Shown: piece after piece, positions 55,782 through 64,000 of the stretch | Numbering within the stretch: position 1 is the stretch's first letter | How the letters are laid out: each line of letters begins with the position of its first letter | Virus record (IMG/VR): IMGVR_UViG_3300035670_000145 | Span: 1 to 64,000 of that record | Reading direction: 5' to 3' (one strand) | Length of the DNA stretch: 64,000 nucleotides | Source: a virus | Notes under the pieces: generated by a model | Databases searched by the model: none | What the model was told of the DNA's origin: nothing | The model's input: the letters and a program-made list of their open reading frames with translations, nothing else | Position numbers and translations under genes: made by a program

Positions 55782-56139
55782 ACAACCCACTAACTGCATC
55801 ACGTTTCACGAATCTGGCTACGAGCCAGGCAAAGAAGTCATCCGCCTCGACAAAGAAGGCTTCCACTACCGGGGCCAGTTTATTGCTGACGCTGGTGAAG
55901 CCCACCGCTTGATGGTGGAGTTTCTCAGGCAGCAGACCCAGTCAGAGCCGCAGGGGCCGACGGATGAGGAGCTGTTGGATCTCATGCCTAAAACCATGCG
56001 GGATGATTTCAGCTATGCGGCCAAGGTCAGTAGTGATGCGACTGGCGGCCAAGTCAAACCCGGCATTTTTCGCGTGGCGCTCAACACCGCAGCTCTGGAG
56101 TATGCCCAAGCCGTCCTTGCTCGCTGGGGGTGCCAATGA
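55774..56139 (+). CDS. Hypothetical mosaic protein
   Basis: GPTDEELL...AVLARWG module. Confidence 0.65.
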   Translation: MTEQPTNCITFHESGYEPGKEVIRLDKEGFHYRGQFIADAGEAHRLMVEFLRQQTQSEPQGPTDEELLDLMPKTMRDDFSYAAKVSSDATGGQVKPGIFRVALNTAALEYAQAVLARWGCQ

Positions 56140-56363
56140 CTAACGACTCAATGTCCCCCGCTGCGCAAGCAGTGTTGGATGGCTTTCGTGCTGTGCCAAG
56201 TCTCATGGATGCACCGTCTATTGCAGGTGCCCTGCGAGCTGCTGCGGATCAGGTGGTGCCGGAGGTTAGGACCCCGTGGAACTCCACCCTGACTCCTATG
56301 ATTTCAGCAGGGGAAGTGCGCGCTTGCATCCTCGCCATCGCCGCCGAGCTGGAGAATCAATGA
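56136..56363 (+). CDS. Hypothetical protein
   Basis: SPAAQAVLD...LRAAADQVVP...LAIAAELE. Confidence 0.65.
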   Translation: MTNDSMSPAAQAVLDGFRAVPSLMDAPSIAGALRAAADQVVPEVRTPWNSTLTPMISAGEVRACILAIAAELENQ

Positions 56364-56578
56364 CTCAAGAAATGGACTACAAACGTGCCTATTTGGAAAT
56401 CGTCGAAATCATTTCGCCTCGCTTTCCAGAATGCAGTATCAGCACTATTGACTTAGTGCGTATGCTTGCTTTTGAAAACGACACTTTGCGCATTGCTCTT
56501 AAGCTTCCCCATCCTTCCGACGTGGTTAAAGCCAACGAACAAAGAGAATCGTCCTTTGAAAAAGATTTCTTCTCATGA
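56360..56578 (+). CDS. Hypothetical protein
   Basis: ATGA coupling. Confidence 0.55.
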   Translation: MTQEMDYKRAYLEIVEIISPRFPECSISTIDLVRMLAFENDTLRIALKLPHPSDVVKANEQRESSFEKDFFS

Positions 56579-56730
56579 CTCCTTCAGAAGAACCAAAGAT
56601 CATTCGCCTTCCACGCAATGGCCCTAAGCCAGGGCAATCAACAAGCGCTTGGCTTTATGGAAAGCAACGTTCAGAAGAAAAAGCTCTTGAACGAGAACGA
56701 TGGAAAAGCCTCAGGAAAGATGCTAGTTGA
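56575..56730 (+). CDS. Hypothetical 51-aa protein (not in ORF track)
   Basis: ATGA coupling; followed by terminator. Confidence 0.5.
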   Translation: MTPSEEPKIIRLPRNGPKPGQSTSAWLYGKQRSEEKALERERWKSLRKDAS

Positions 56731-56735
56731 CTCTT

Positions 56736-56758
56736 GCCCTCCTTTCGGAGGGCTTTTT
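56736..56758 (+). terminator. Rho-independent terminator
   Basis: GCCCTCC-TTTC-GGAGGGC-TTTTT. Confidence 0.8.
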
Positions 56759-56784
56759 ATTGCTTGAAAGCTTCACTCACTAGT

Positions 56785-58764
56785 TCAGAAAATATCTTCG
56801 AGCGCGGGCTCTTCGGCCACAGCAGGGACAATGGAAGCGGACGGAACAAAGGGCTCGTCATTGTCAAGGGGCTCTTCCCACTCCCAAGCATGGTAAAGAC
56901 GCTGCTTTTCTCCATTGGGACCATTAATGAAACTACTAGTGATCAAGCCTTGGCGCCTGGCCACTTCGAGCATCTTACCAGTGGAGGAGGTTTCAAAATT
57001 GCCACAAAGCATGGCTGCCTGCTGCTTCGTGAATCGTTCGGTCTTGCGCATGTTGATGGCATTGACCACCCTGTCAAGCTCCTCAAGACTGCCACCCATT
57101 GGTCCCGTATAGCGCCAGCCATAATTAAGCGCATCACGCTGTAGCGAATGCTTGCCAGTGAGGCCGCTCCTGCTCTTCAGCCATTCGAGAATAAATTGAT
57201 TGGGGTCGTAATTTTGCTCGTCGCGGGTGAGCTTCACCACTTCGCTAACGTTGTCAACAAAACTAGTACTGTCTCGCAGGCCTCCGCTTTTGTTCAAATG
57301 GTGAAGAATGAGAATAGAACAGCGATAAGTGTTGGCAATATCCCTGAGGCCGTAAATTACATCACCAGCATTACTCTTAATCAAATCAACGTTCATGCCA
57401 GCAAGGCAAGCAGTGAGGGAGTCAATGGCAATAAACAAGGGGCGATGCTTTCTCACATGGTCCTCAAGCTGTTTCATGTGGGCGAAGCGCCAGTTCTCCC
57501 AGAAGCTGATGGTGCCAGGAGCGAGGCCTGCATCTTCATAGCCAATCACGCCCAGCTTCTCGCTGGTGTCCACAAGAGGCTCGTCGCTTTGGATGATTAG
57601 GCTCTTGCCCTTCATGCACCTTCTGCCACTCCATGGCTGCCCCAGCGCCACGTTGAGAGCCCAGTTGTAAGCCACAGTACTCTTGCCGGTGCCGCCTGAT
57701 GCGGCCAGGAGCATCACGCTTCCCAAGGGAATGATGCCAGCAATCAACCATTCTCTGGCCTTGTCAGAGCCTGCAATGGTGAGAGCGTCAATCGTTTCAA
57801 TTTCTTCTCTGCCATAAATGCGAGCCTTGGCTTCATCAATGATTCTGTCAATGTTTTGTTGGCTCATCTTCAAGCCATGCTGTTCCATCCACAGCACGGT
57901 CTCGTAAGCCACGCGAGCATCATTGGCATAAAGGCCAACAAAGTTTTCAATGGTGGAAACAATTTCTTCGTAAGAAGGTTTACCATCACGTCCTTTGTGA
58001 CGACAGGCTCCAATGGAAGCAAGAAGATCGTCTTTAGTGGCACCCTCTTCGATGTAGTCAGCTAAGTCGTAGCCGTTGCCAGGCGGCAGATTGTCCCATT
58101 CCCAACTACGAGGGTCGGCATAGAGCCACTGCGCCCCTGGATTATCAGTGGCCACTTCTGCCATGAAGGCCACGCCTTGTTGATCCCTGTCAGGGCAAAG
58201 CACCACTTGTTTGTTACGAAACAAGCCGGAATAGTCTCCATTGGTGCGATATTGTTTGCTGCCTCCTAAGAAGGTCACGCAAGGAATGTCAAGAGCCCAC
58301 ACCGCTTGACAAGTGAGTTCTCCTTCGACAATGAAAATGGGCAAGCCAGTTTCATTGCTCTTCTCCATCGCCTCTTTGTATTGAAAAGGCAAAACATTTG
58401 CCTTCACTTCTTGAAGCTGAGTTTTATGATTTTCGCTGGTTTTAATCGTCGGAAAGTCTTGCCAAATGCGCTTTGAGCCAGAGGAATCGTCACGATGGAC
58501 AATAACTACTTCCTTGGCTTCGTTGTTGTAATAGGAGAAATGGTGCAGGCCGGCTTCGCGGGGTGGCTTCTCCCATCGAGAAAGGGGAGCAAGGGCGTCC
58601 CTGATTTCAGCCCTGTGCATTGGCGAGGGGTCGTGCCAGCAGTTGTAGCCGCCAGTCGTCTTGTTGACTGTAAAATCATTGCCGCCACACGCAGGGCAAA
58701 CGAACTTGCCCGGCTCGTTACTGGGCTCGAGCTGCTCAAGGTGGTCAAGGATGGAGAACGCCAT
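56785..58764 (-). CDS. Primase-helicase (Zn finger, TOPRIM, RepA/AAA_25-type helicase)
   Basis: CPAC...C; IVEGE and PDRD; GGTGKS; IAIDS; ILHHLNK. Confidence 0.88.
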   Translation of the reverse strand: MAFSILDHLEQLEPSNEPGKFVCPACGGNDFTVNKTTGGYNCWHDPSPMHRAEIRDALAPLSRWEKPPREAGLHHFSYYNNEAKEVVIVHRDDSSGSKRIWQDFPTIKTSENHKTQLQEVKANVLPFQYKEAMEKSNETGLPIFIVEGELTCQAVWALDIPCVTFLGGSKQYRTNGDYSGLFRNKQVVLCPDRDQQGVAFMAEVATDNPGAQWLYADPRSWEWDNLPPGNGYDLADYIEEGATKDDLLASIGACRHKGRDGKPSYEEIVSTIENFVGLYANDARVAYETVLWMEQHGLKMSQQNIDRIIDEAKARIYGREEIETIDALTIAGSDKAREWLIAGIIPLGSVMLLAASGGTGKSTVAYNWALNVALGQPWSGRRCMKGKSLIIQSDEPLVDTSEKLGVIGYEDAGLAPGTISFWENWRFAHMKQLEDHVRKHRPLFIAIDSLTACLAGMNVDLIKSNAGDVIYGLRDIANTYRCSILILHHLNKSGGLRDSTSFVDNVSEVVKLTRDEQNYDPNQFILEWLKSRSGLTGKHSLQRDALNYGWRYTGPMGGSLEELDRVVNAINMRKTERFTKQQAAMLCGNFETSSTGKMLEVARRQGLITSSFINGPNGEKQRLYHAWEWEEPLDNDEPFVPSASIVPAVAEEPALEDIF

Positions 58765-58928
58765 TCAGCGGCAAGAGGGGAAGCGCCCTCTATCATGGCA
58801 GTCCTAGCCACTGGCTGCAAGCGAAATAGCTGATGCTTAAGGCGCTGTTCATAAGCAACGCTAATCGTTCAAGGCCTTGTGCAAGGGCATTGTGGGCTTA
58901 AACTCAGGGAGTCCTTCGCCAATGGCCA

Positions 58929-59156
58929 TTGCCAAAAAGCCTTTACAAGGGCGGCAAAAAGCGTCGCCACTTTACGCTTTCGGACCAAGCCCATGAGCAT
59001 CTGTGCCGATTGGCACAAGAAGCTGGCATTTCCAAAAGCGAAGCCGTTGAGCGCCTCGTGCGCTGTCAACATCTTTCCGAAGGTCGCTTCACTCTTTCTG
59101 ATGAAGTGTGGCCTGAAGTGACTGACTTTTCTCTTTCTTCTTATGAAACTCTCTAA
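58929..59156 (+). CDS. Ribbon-helix-helix DNA-binding protein
   Basis: RRHFTLSD....L..LA...GISKSE.VERLVR. Confidence 0.7.
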   Translation: MPKSLYKGGKKRRHFTLSDQAHEHLCRLAQEAGISKSEAVERLVRCQHLSEGRFTLSDEVWPEVTDFSLSSYETL

Positions 59157-59385
59157 ACTTCGTGCATTGTGCGACAAAGCCATTGAAAAACATGGCGACA
59201 TGGAAGTCGGCTCTTATGACAAAGATTATGCCTACGACATTGACAGTGCTTCCGATATGAATTCAATCAAGCTTCGCATTTTAAGCACTTCTGGTTCGTT
59301 GCCTGGTGAATCCATGGATGGAGACGAAGAAGAAGCCTCTGGCACTCCCGCTTCTCACTTTGCTTGCATTTTTTACGAGGGTTGA
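59143..59385 (+). CDS. Hypothetical acidic protein
   Basis: MKLSKL...HGD.EV; resembles the next gene. Confidence 0.6.
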   Translation: MKLSKLRALCDKAIEKHGDMEVGSYDKDYAYDIDSASDMNSIKLRILSTSGSLPGESMDGDEEEASGTPASHFACIFYEG

Positions 59386-59388
59386 ATT

Positions 59389-59652
59389 ATGAAACTCGCC
59401 GCCTTGATTGACACCCTGGACAAAGCTCGCCACCAGGCGGGCAATGATGCGGAAGTGTTTCTTTGCTTTGAAGAAACTGCTCTTGACGAAGGCTACGACG
59501 AAGCCTCCACTGAAGGCATTAGCGACATTCGTCTTTTAGAAGACTGGCCGCTCCCCGGCAAAAGCTTGTGCTTTACAGAAGGCGAAAAAGCTCAAAAGGT
59601 GGTCATCTTTTATGACAACCATTACAAGCTTGACTCTGCCAAGCAAGCATGA
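59389..59652 (+). CDS. Hypothetical acidic protein
   Basis: MKLAAL..LDKA...G.D.EV...IFY. Confidence 0.6.
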   Translation: MKLAALIDTLDKARHQAGNDAEVFLCFEETALDEGYDEASTEGISDIRLLEDWPLPGKSLCFTEGEKAQKVVIFYDNHYKLDSAKQA

Positions 59653-60584
59653 ATTCTTCTCTTCTCTTTTACGATCCTGCCCATTTCCAAAACATGACTT
59701 TGCCCGTTACTGCCGTAAACGAAGCCATGCTCACTGAGCGCATGCTTGGCCATTTTTCGCCCCTTGACATTTCTCCTGAAGCCTTCAAGAAAGCTTACGA
59801 ACTTCCCATTGGCGATCACGTTGAGAAGAACTACAAAGGGCTGTCCTATCTGTCTTGGCCTTTTGCCTTCCGCTACCTTAACGAACAATTTCCTGGCGTG
59901 TTCGTGGCCTTTGAAGAAAAGGAAGCTGGTTGGCCAGTATTTGGCCGAGACGGCTGCTGGCTGCTGCGTCCTTATTTGACGGACGGCATTAGACGCACTC
60001 CTGCGTTGGTGTTTCCCGTGATGGACAACAAGCACAACGCAGTGAAGGAGCTGGATGCTCGTCAAGTGAGCGACAACATCCAACGTGCCAGTGTTAAATG
60101 CATTGCCACTTTCACTGGCCTTGGTCTGAAGCTCTACGCAGGGGAGGATGTTCCCAAGGCAGATGACGCCCCATCACTGCCTCTTCAGCAAGAAGCCCCA
60201 AAGCCTGCCCCTGCGGCCAAAACGGCTGCACCTTCGCCCAAGGAGGATATTGGTGGCATTTCTGAGGGAGGGTTCAATGGTAAAGAGGCATTGCTGACTT
60301 TCTGCAAAGCCAATCCTCTCGGCAAAGCTGATGAGCGTGCAAGTCTGATGCTGGGCAAGAATGCGCTGCAGGCCCTTGGCCTGGCGAAAGGCGAAGACAT
60401 TCAGGATGCTGAAATGTTTGCCAATGTCATCAGCACCATGGTCACCTCATGGACAAAGGAAGAAGGCATCAAGATTACAAAGGTGGCAATGGCAAAAGAA
60501 ATTGATTGCCTGCGTGCCGCTTGTCTTGATGGAGCTGATGCTGCCATTGAATGGGTCAAGGCATATGTGGAGGGAAAAAAGTAG
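59649..60584 (+). CDS. sak: Sak (Rad52-like) single-strand annealing protein
   Basis: VEK...LSYLSW..A; PVMD.K; I.R..VKCIA...GLGL.LYAGED.P. Confidence 0.85.
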   Translation: MNSSLLFYDPAHFQNMTLPVTAVNEAMLTERMLGHFSPLDISPEAFKKAYELPIGDHVEKNYKGLSYLSWPFAFRYLNEQFPGVFVAFEEKEAGWPVFGRDGCWLLRPYLTDGIRRTPALVFPVMDNKHNAVKELDARQVSDNIQRASVKCIATFTGLGLKLYAGEDVPKADDAPSLPLQQEAPKPAPAAKTAAPSPKEDIGGISEGGFNGKEALLTFCKANPLGKADERASLMLGKNALQALGLAKGEDIQDAEMFANVISTMVTSWTKEEGIKITKVAMAKEIDCLRAACLDGADAAIEWVKAYVEGKK

Positions 60585-60665
60585 ATAGAGCAGCAGCCAG
60601 GCTCGCAAGAAGTTTTGCGGGCCTGATTGCCTGCGACGAAGACGGAAATCCTCTCGATGAACGCC

Positions 60666-61013
60666 ATGAATCATTCTCATCCCATCAACCCTCCATCATT
60701 GGCAATAATTAAAAAATGGATCATTGATAACGGACTTACTGTATCAATCGCAGAGGCGTCTGCCATCGCATCGCTAGCGTCTCGCCTTGGCGCTGACCAA
60801 GAGCTAGAAGCCTGTTGTAAGTGGCTTGACGAGTATCTTCTGGCACCCAAGGGAGCACAGCTCCGCGTCGCCCGCCGTCCTAAGAAGCCAAGCCTAAGAG
60901 AGCAGGCGCTGCTTGCCATCGACACCGCTGTTACTGATGGACGCTTGTCTTCCGAGGTGAGCGACTTAGTCCGCTGTGCCTTTGACAAACTGGAGACAAT
61001 GCCCCGTGATTGA
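60666..61013 (+). CDS. ITPPPEL-family paralogue 3
   Basis: HPINPP...GADQELEACC...RRPKKPSLREQAL. Confidence 0.65.
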   Translation: MNHSHPINPPSLAIIKKWIIDNGLTVSIAEASAIASLASRLGADQELEACCKWLDEYLLAPKGAQLRVARRPKKPSLREQALLAIDTAVTDGRLSSEVSDLVRCAFDKLETMPRD

Positions 61014-61209
61014 CGCAGTCATCCAGGTTAGGGTTCAAGGGTTTGAATGGCCATCAGTGCTTGGCCACTACAGTTTGATGGGTCCAGTCAACAGGCTAGG
61101 CTCTTGGCGCTGGTATGAACGCAAGTTTGACGGGATGACTCAGCGAGTCAAAGTTAATCATCTTCTTGAGCCGATCGACCTAAGAGCATTTTGTGATGAC
61201 TCGTTTTGA
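61006..61209 (+). CDS. Hypothetical protein
   Basis: GTG start overlapping the upstream stop. Confidence 0.5.
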   Translation: MIDAVIQVRVQGFEWPSVLGHYSLMGPVNRLGSWRWYERKFDGMTQRVKVNHLLEPIDLRAFCDDSF

Positions 61210-61444
61210 TGAGCTGCAACATTGCCCTGAATGCGGCAGTCTCTGGCACGACCAGCCGATTCCAGGAGAAAGCCGTCATTTATTTGGCGGCTCCAAATGG
61301 TTCAGTCGCGTGATTCTCCTGTCGTCGTGGGAGACAGACCGTGGCTTTGCCTATCAATGCCCAGACTGCGGCACCACTTGGGACCGTGGCACTGGCGCGA
61401 TTATTGACCATCCCAAAGTAAGCCTTTCGTTTCCCCGACCATGA
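61193..61444 (+). CDS. Zinc-ribbon protein
   Basis: CPECG...CPDCG. Confidence 0.7.
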   Translation: MMTRFDELQHCPECGSLWHDQPIPGESRHLFGGSKWFSRVILLSSWETDRGFAYQCPDCGTTWDRGTGAIIDHPKVSLSFPRP

Positions 61445-61572
61445 AAATCGTTCTCATTTTCTTCTGCTTTTTGCCCATCGCTGCTGCAGCTTGCAATCAG
61501 CCCATCATCAAAAACGGCTCTTGCCCGCTTGGCTACTACAGCTCCGGCGGCTATTGCATTCCTAGTCGTTGA
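61441..61572 (+). CDS. Small secreted Cys-rich peptide (not in ORF track)
   Basis: MKIVLIFFCFLPIAAAACNQPIIKNGSCPLGYYSSGGYCIPSR; ATGA coupling. Confidence 0.6.
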   Translation: MKIVLIFFCFLPIAAAACNQPIIKNGSCPLGYYSSGGYCIPSR

Positions 61573-61612
61573 CGGTACAGTGGCTTGTCTAGACCTTTGT
61601 TTGGCAGCCATC

Positions 61613-62377
61613 GTGCCTTCGTTTGAGCAGTTTGAGCCGAAGCGCATCAGCCTCAACGGCAAACGCCACTACATCAACGAAGGGTTTCCCAATGTGCCGG
61701 AGGGTATCGTCCTACCTTCCGTCACTACTTTCCTTTCGGCCATGGCTCCCGTGGCCAAGGTGATGGCCCTGATTAACTGGCGCAAGCGTGTGGGGGCTGA
61801 TGAAGCTAATCGCCGCACTCGCCTTGCAGCCAATCGTGGCACCTGGATGCACGGCGTGCTGGAAGATCATTTCGATGGGGAAGATATTGAGCACCACCTT
61901 GACAAAGCTCCCGACTGGCGTCCCTACTTTGAAGCAGTAGAGCCATTCTTGGAAGGCATTCAAGAGCCGCTGCTAGTGGAGAGTGCCGTGGCCTGGTATG
62001 ACGCCGGCCTTGGCATTGGCTACTCAGGCACGCTCGATATGGTGGCGCAAATGACCGGCGGCGCCATTGCTCTGGTCGATTGGAAGACCAGCTACAAGGA
62101 AAAGCCTGACTACCAACTGGCCGACTACAAGCGGCAGCTAGGTGCCTATTCCATGGCAGTAGAGCAAATGTATCAGCAGCCCATTGACGAGGCATGGTGC
62201 GTTATTGCCTGCTACGACCCCGAAAACGAAGAAAGCGAACCATCATTGCAGCTCGTCCACCTTGACGGCTTTGAGCTGATCAACCAGCAGCGCATCACGG
62301 CAGACATTGTGAAGAGATATTTCAAAGACCACTACCCAGGAGGCAAGGCATTTGCGCTCACCATGGATAGGGGGTAA
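61613..62377 (+). CDS. PD-(D/E)xK exonuclease
   Basis: PSVTT; RGT.MH; E...G.LD...DWKTS; QL.AY. Confidence 0.85.
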   Translation: MPSFEQFEPKRISLNGKRHYINEGFPNVPEGIVLPSVTTFLSAMAPVAKVMALINWRKRVGADEANRRTRLAANRGTWMHGVLEDHFDGEDIEHHLDKAPDWRPYFEAVEPFLEGIQEPLLVESAVAWYDAGLGIGYSGTLDMVAQMTGGAIALVDWKTSYKEKPDYQLADYKRQLGAYSMAVEQMYQQPIDEAWCVIACYDPENEESEPSLQLVHLDGFELINQQRITADIVKRYFKDHYPGGKAFALTMDRG

Positions 62378-62424
62378 GATTGGCAGGCCCACAAAGGGCT
62401 CCATCACTCCTCAGGAGAAACACC

Positions 62425-62676
62425 ATGGCTGGAAAGCCTCCAATCACTGCTGCTATCGACCTCACGGTTGACGTTCTGAAGGCCCTTAAGGAAGCAGGCC
62501 CCAACGAGCGCGGCAACTATTCCCTCGACATGGCTGTCTGGCCGAACGAGCGCAAGACTTCCGACCGTGCCCCTGGCTTCACCGGCTCCGTCAAGGTGAA
62601 AGGCCAGAAGGAAGGCGCCAAGGGCTATGCCAGTCTTTGGGACAATCGCGAAGGCGGTTCTGACGATCTGTTCTGA
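62425..62676 (+). CDS. Putative small ssDNA-binding protein
   Basis: AVWPN.....APGFTG; acidic DDLF tail; AGGAG RBS. Confidence 0.6.
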   Translation: MAGKPPITAAIDLTVDVLKALKEAGPNERGNYSLDMAVWPNERKTSDRAPGFTGSVKVKGQKEGAKGYASLWDNREGGSDDLF

Positions 62677-62678
62677 CC

Positions 62679-63080
62679 ATGAGATATGATCGCGAATTTC
62701 CCGTCATGGCAGTAGTCACTGTCACGGGAGTTGTATTGGTCGCCTTTTTCTTGATTGGCGGTCCCCAATACAACGTATGGAGGGAAAGCCTCAATGGCAA
62801 GGCTGAACTTCAAAAGGCTGAATACACGCGGCAAGTAGCCGTTCTCGAGGCTCAAGCAAAAATGGATTCCGCATCCAGGCTTGCAGAAGCTGAAGTTGAA
62901 CGGGCCAAGGGCGTTGCTGAAGCCAATCGCATTATTGGCGATAGCCTTAAGGACAATCCTCGCTACCTCCAATACTTGTACATTACAGGCCTTCAAGAAG
63001 GCAGCGAAAAAGGCAATCGTACCATTTTTGTCCCCACGGAAGGTGGCATGCCAGTGCCTACGCTGGACGCCAGCAAATGA
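62679..63080 (+). CDS. Membrane-anchored SPFH/band-7-related coiled-coil protein
   Basis: TM helix; P.YNVW...G.AEL; RAKGVAEAN; YLQYL. Confidence 0.65.
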   Translation: MRYDREFPVMAVVTVTGVVLVAFFLIGGPQYNVWRESLNGKAELQKAEYTRQVAVLEAQAKMDSASRLAEAEVERAKGVAEANRIIGDSLKDNPRYLQYLYITGLQEGSEKGNRTIFVPTEGGMPVPTLDASK

Positions 63081-63084
63081 CCAC

Positions 63085-63110
63085 AAGGGGCTTCGGCCCC
63101 TTTCTTTCTC
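63085..63110 (+). terminator. Rho-independent terminator
   Basis: AAGGGGC-TTCG-GCCCCTT-TCTTT. Confidence 0.7.
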
Positions 63111-63122
63111 TTCATTAAAACC

Positions 63123-63710
63123 ATGCTTCTCACTGATAAAGAAATCAGCAAACTTGCTGAAAACGACTTGCTCATGCCCTATGTGGGCGAAAAGCGGCGC
63201 AGGCTTGATAATGGCATCAAAGCCATTTCCTACGGGCTTTCGCAAGCTGGTTATGACATTCGGCTTTCGGACAAGCAATTTCTGGTGTTTAATGGGAAAG
63301 CATACAGGGCTGCAGATCGCCCCATTCTCGATCCCAAAATGCTCGATTGCCAGCCTTACGAAGCTGTGTTGAATCATGGCGACGGAGAGTCTTGGTACAT
63401 CCTGCCTCCCCATAGCTTTGGGCTTGGCGTGAGCGTAGAGCGCTTTACCATGCCCAACGATGTGTTTGCCTTGTGCGAGGGCAAAAGCACTTATGGGCGC
63501 ATTGGTTTGATTGCCAACATTCTTCCCATTGAGCCTGGCTGGACTGGTTATTTGACAATGTGCTTGGTCAATCCCACTTCTTTTCCGTTGAAGCTCTATG
63601 TCAACGAAGGTATTGCACAAATTGTCTTCTTTCGCTGTGGCACTGTTGACAAGCCCTACGAGGGACACTATCAAGACCAAGGCGCTAGGGTACAGCTAGC
63701 TGCCGTATAG
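63123..63710 (+). CDS. dcd: dCTP deaminase
   Basis: ISYGLS..GYDIRL; GKSTYGR.G; PIEPGW.G; EGIAQ; YQ.Q. Confidence 0.9.
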   Translation: MLLTDKEISKLAENDLLMPYVGEKRRRLDNGIKAISYGLSQAGYDIRLSDKQFLVFNGKAYRAADRPILDPKMLDCQPYEAVLNHGDGESWYILPPHSFGLGVSVERFTMPNDVFALCEGKSTYGRIGLIANILPIEPGWTGYLTMCLVNPTSFPLKLYVNEGIAQIVFFRCGTVDKPYEGHYQDQGARVQLAAV

Positions 63711-63712
63711 CT

Positions 63713-64000
63713 TTGAGCGCTCTTGAAGATCAATTCCTGAGCCTCTGGCAGGCGCATTATCCTCAGCTTTCTCTAGAGCGAGAATATAGCGACATTGAAG
63801 CTTGGGAAAAAGATTTTCAAGAGCGTTATTCCCGCAGTAAACGTTCAAAAAGGTATCGTCTTGACTTTGCTCACCCCGACTCTCGCATTGGCATCGAAAT
63901 ACAGGGTGGTGTTTATAATCGTGGCCGCCACGTCACTGGCTCTGGCTATGAGCGAGATTGCCGCAAGTATAATCTCGCCTACACGAGCGGTTGGACGATT
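63713..64000 (+). CDS. Vsr/DUF559-like endonuclease, truncated at window edge (not in ORF track)
   Basis: MSALEDQF...YRLDFAHP...IEIQGG...GRH...D.RKYN.A...GW. Confidence 0.75.
   Translation, partial: MSALEDQFLSLWQAHYPQLSLEREYSDIEAWEKDFQERYSRSKRSKRYRLDFAHPDSRIGIEIQGGVYNRGRHVTGSGYERDCRKYNLAYTSGWTI

Noticed and set aside
61613-62377. cas4
   Set aside because: No Fe-S cysteine set; context with sak and SSB indicates a recombination exonuclease.
62625-63680. 351-aa minus-strand ORF
   Set aside because: Antisense to dcd and the band-7-like gene.
1-64000. Integrase, DNA polymerase, reverse transcriptase/DGR, photosynthesis genes
   Set aside because: No recognisable motifs in this window; they may lie outside it, so lifestyle cannot be concluded.

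Overview
About 64 kb of a tailed dsDNA phage genome, most likely a long non-contractile-tailed cyanophage. The host is inferred from the 'Cyano SP'-type ribonucleotide reductase, cyanophage-typical small ORFs and a manA-like RNA. Positions 1-32 kb (minus strand) hold the virion genes: tail fibres, a lambda M/L/K/J-like tail tip, tape measure, G/GT chaperones, tail tube, neck, DUF2184 capsid, DUF2213 scaffold and DUF1073 portal. A six-gene sugar-modification/glycosyltransferase island sits inside the head module. Positions 32-41 kb hold a divergent terL, a metallophosphoesterase, RNR alpha/beta and structured RNAs. Positions 41.4-44.3 kb are repeat-rich non-coding DNA around a compositionally odd gene island (candidate origin/terminus). 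Positions 44-54 kb are small early genes driven by a repeated promoter cassette. Positions 54-64 kb hold paralogous mini-ORFs, primase-helicase, Sak, exonuclease, SSB, dCTP deaminase and an endonuclease. Best leads: (1) an HNH homing-endonuclease cassette that carries a synonymously recoded replacement 3' half of its target gene; (2) three structured ncRNA candidates, two ending in tRNA-like elements; (3) an HLR1-like 10-bp repeat found both as a tandem array and at a fixed position in five early promoters; (4) a dnaX-like -1 frameshift signal at the end of sak; (5) the glycosylation island. All family calls come from motif recognition by eye; no searches were run.
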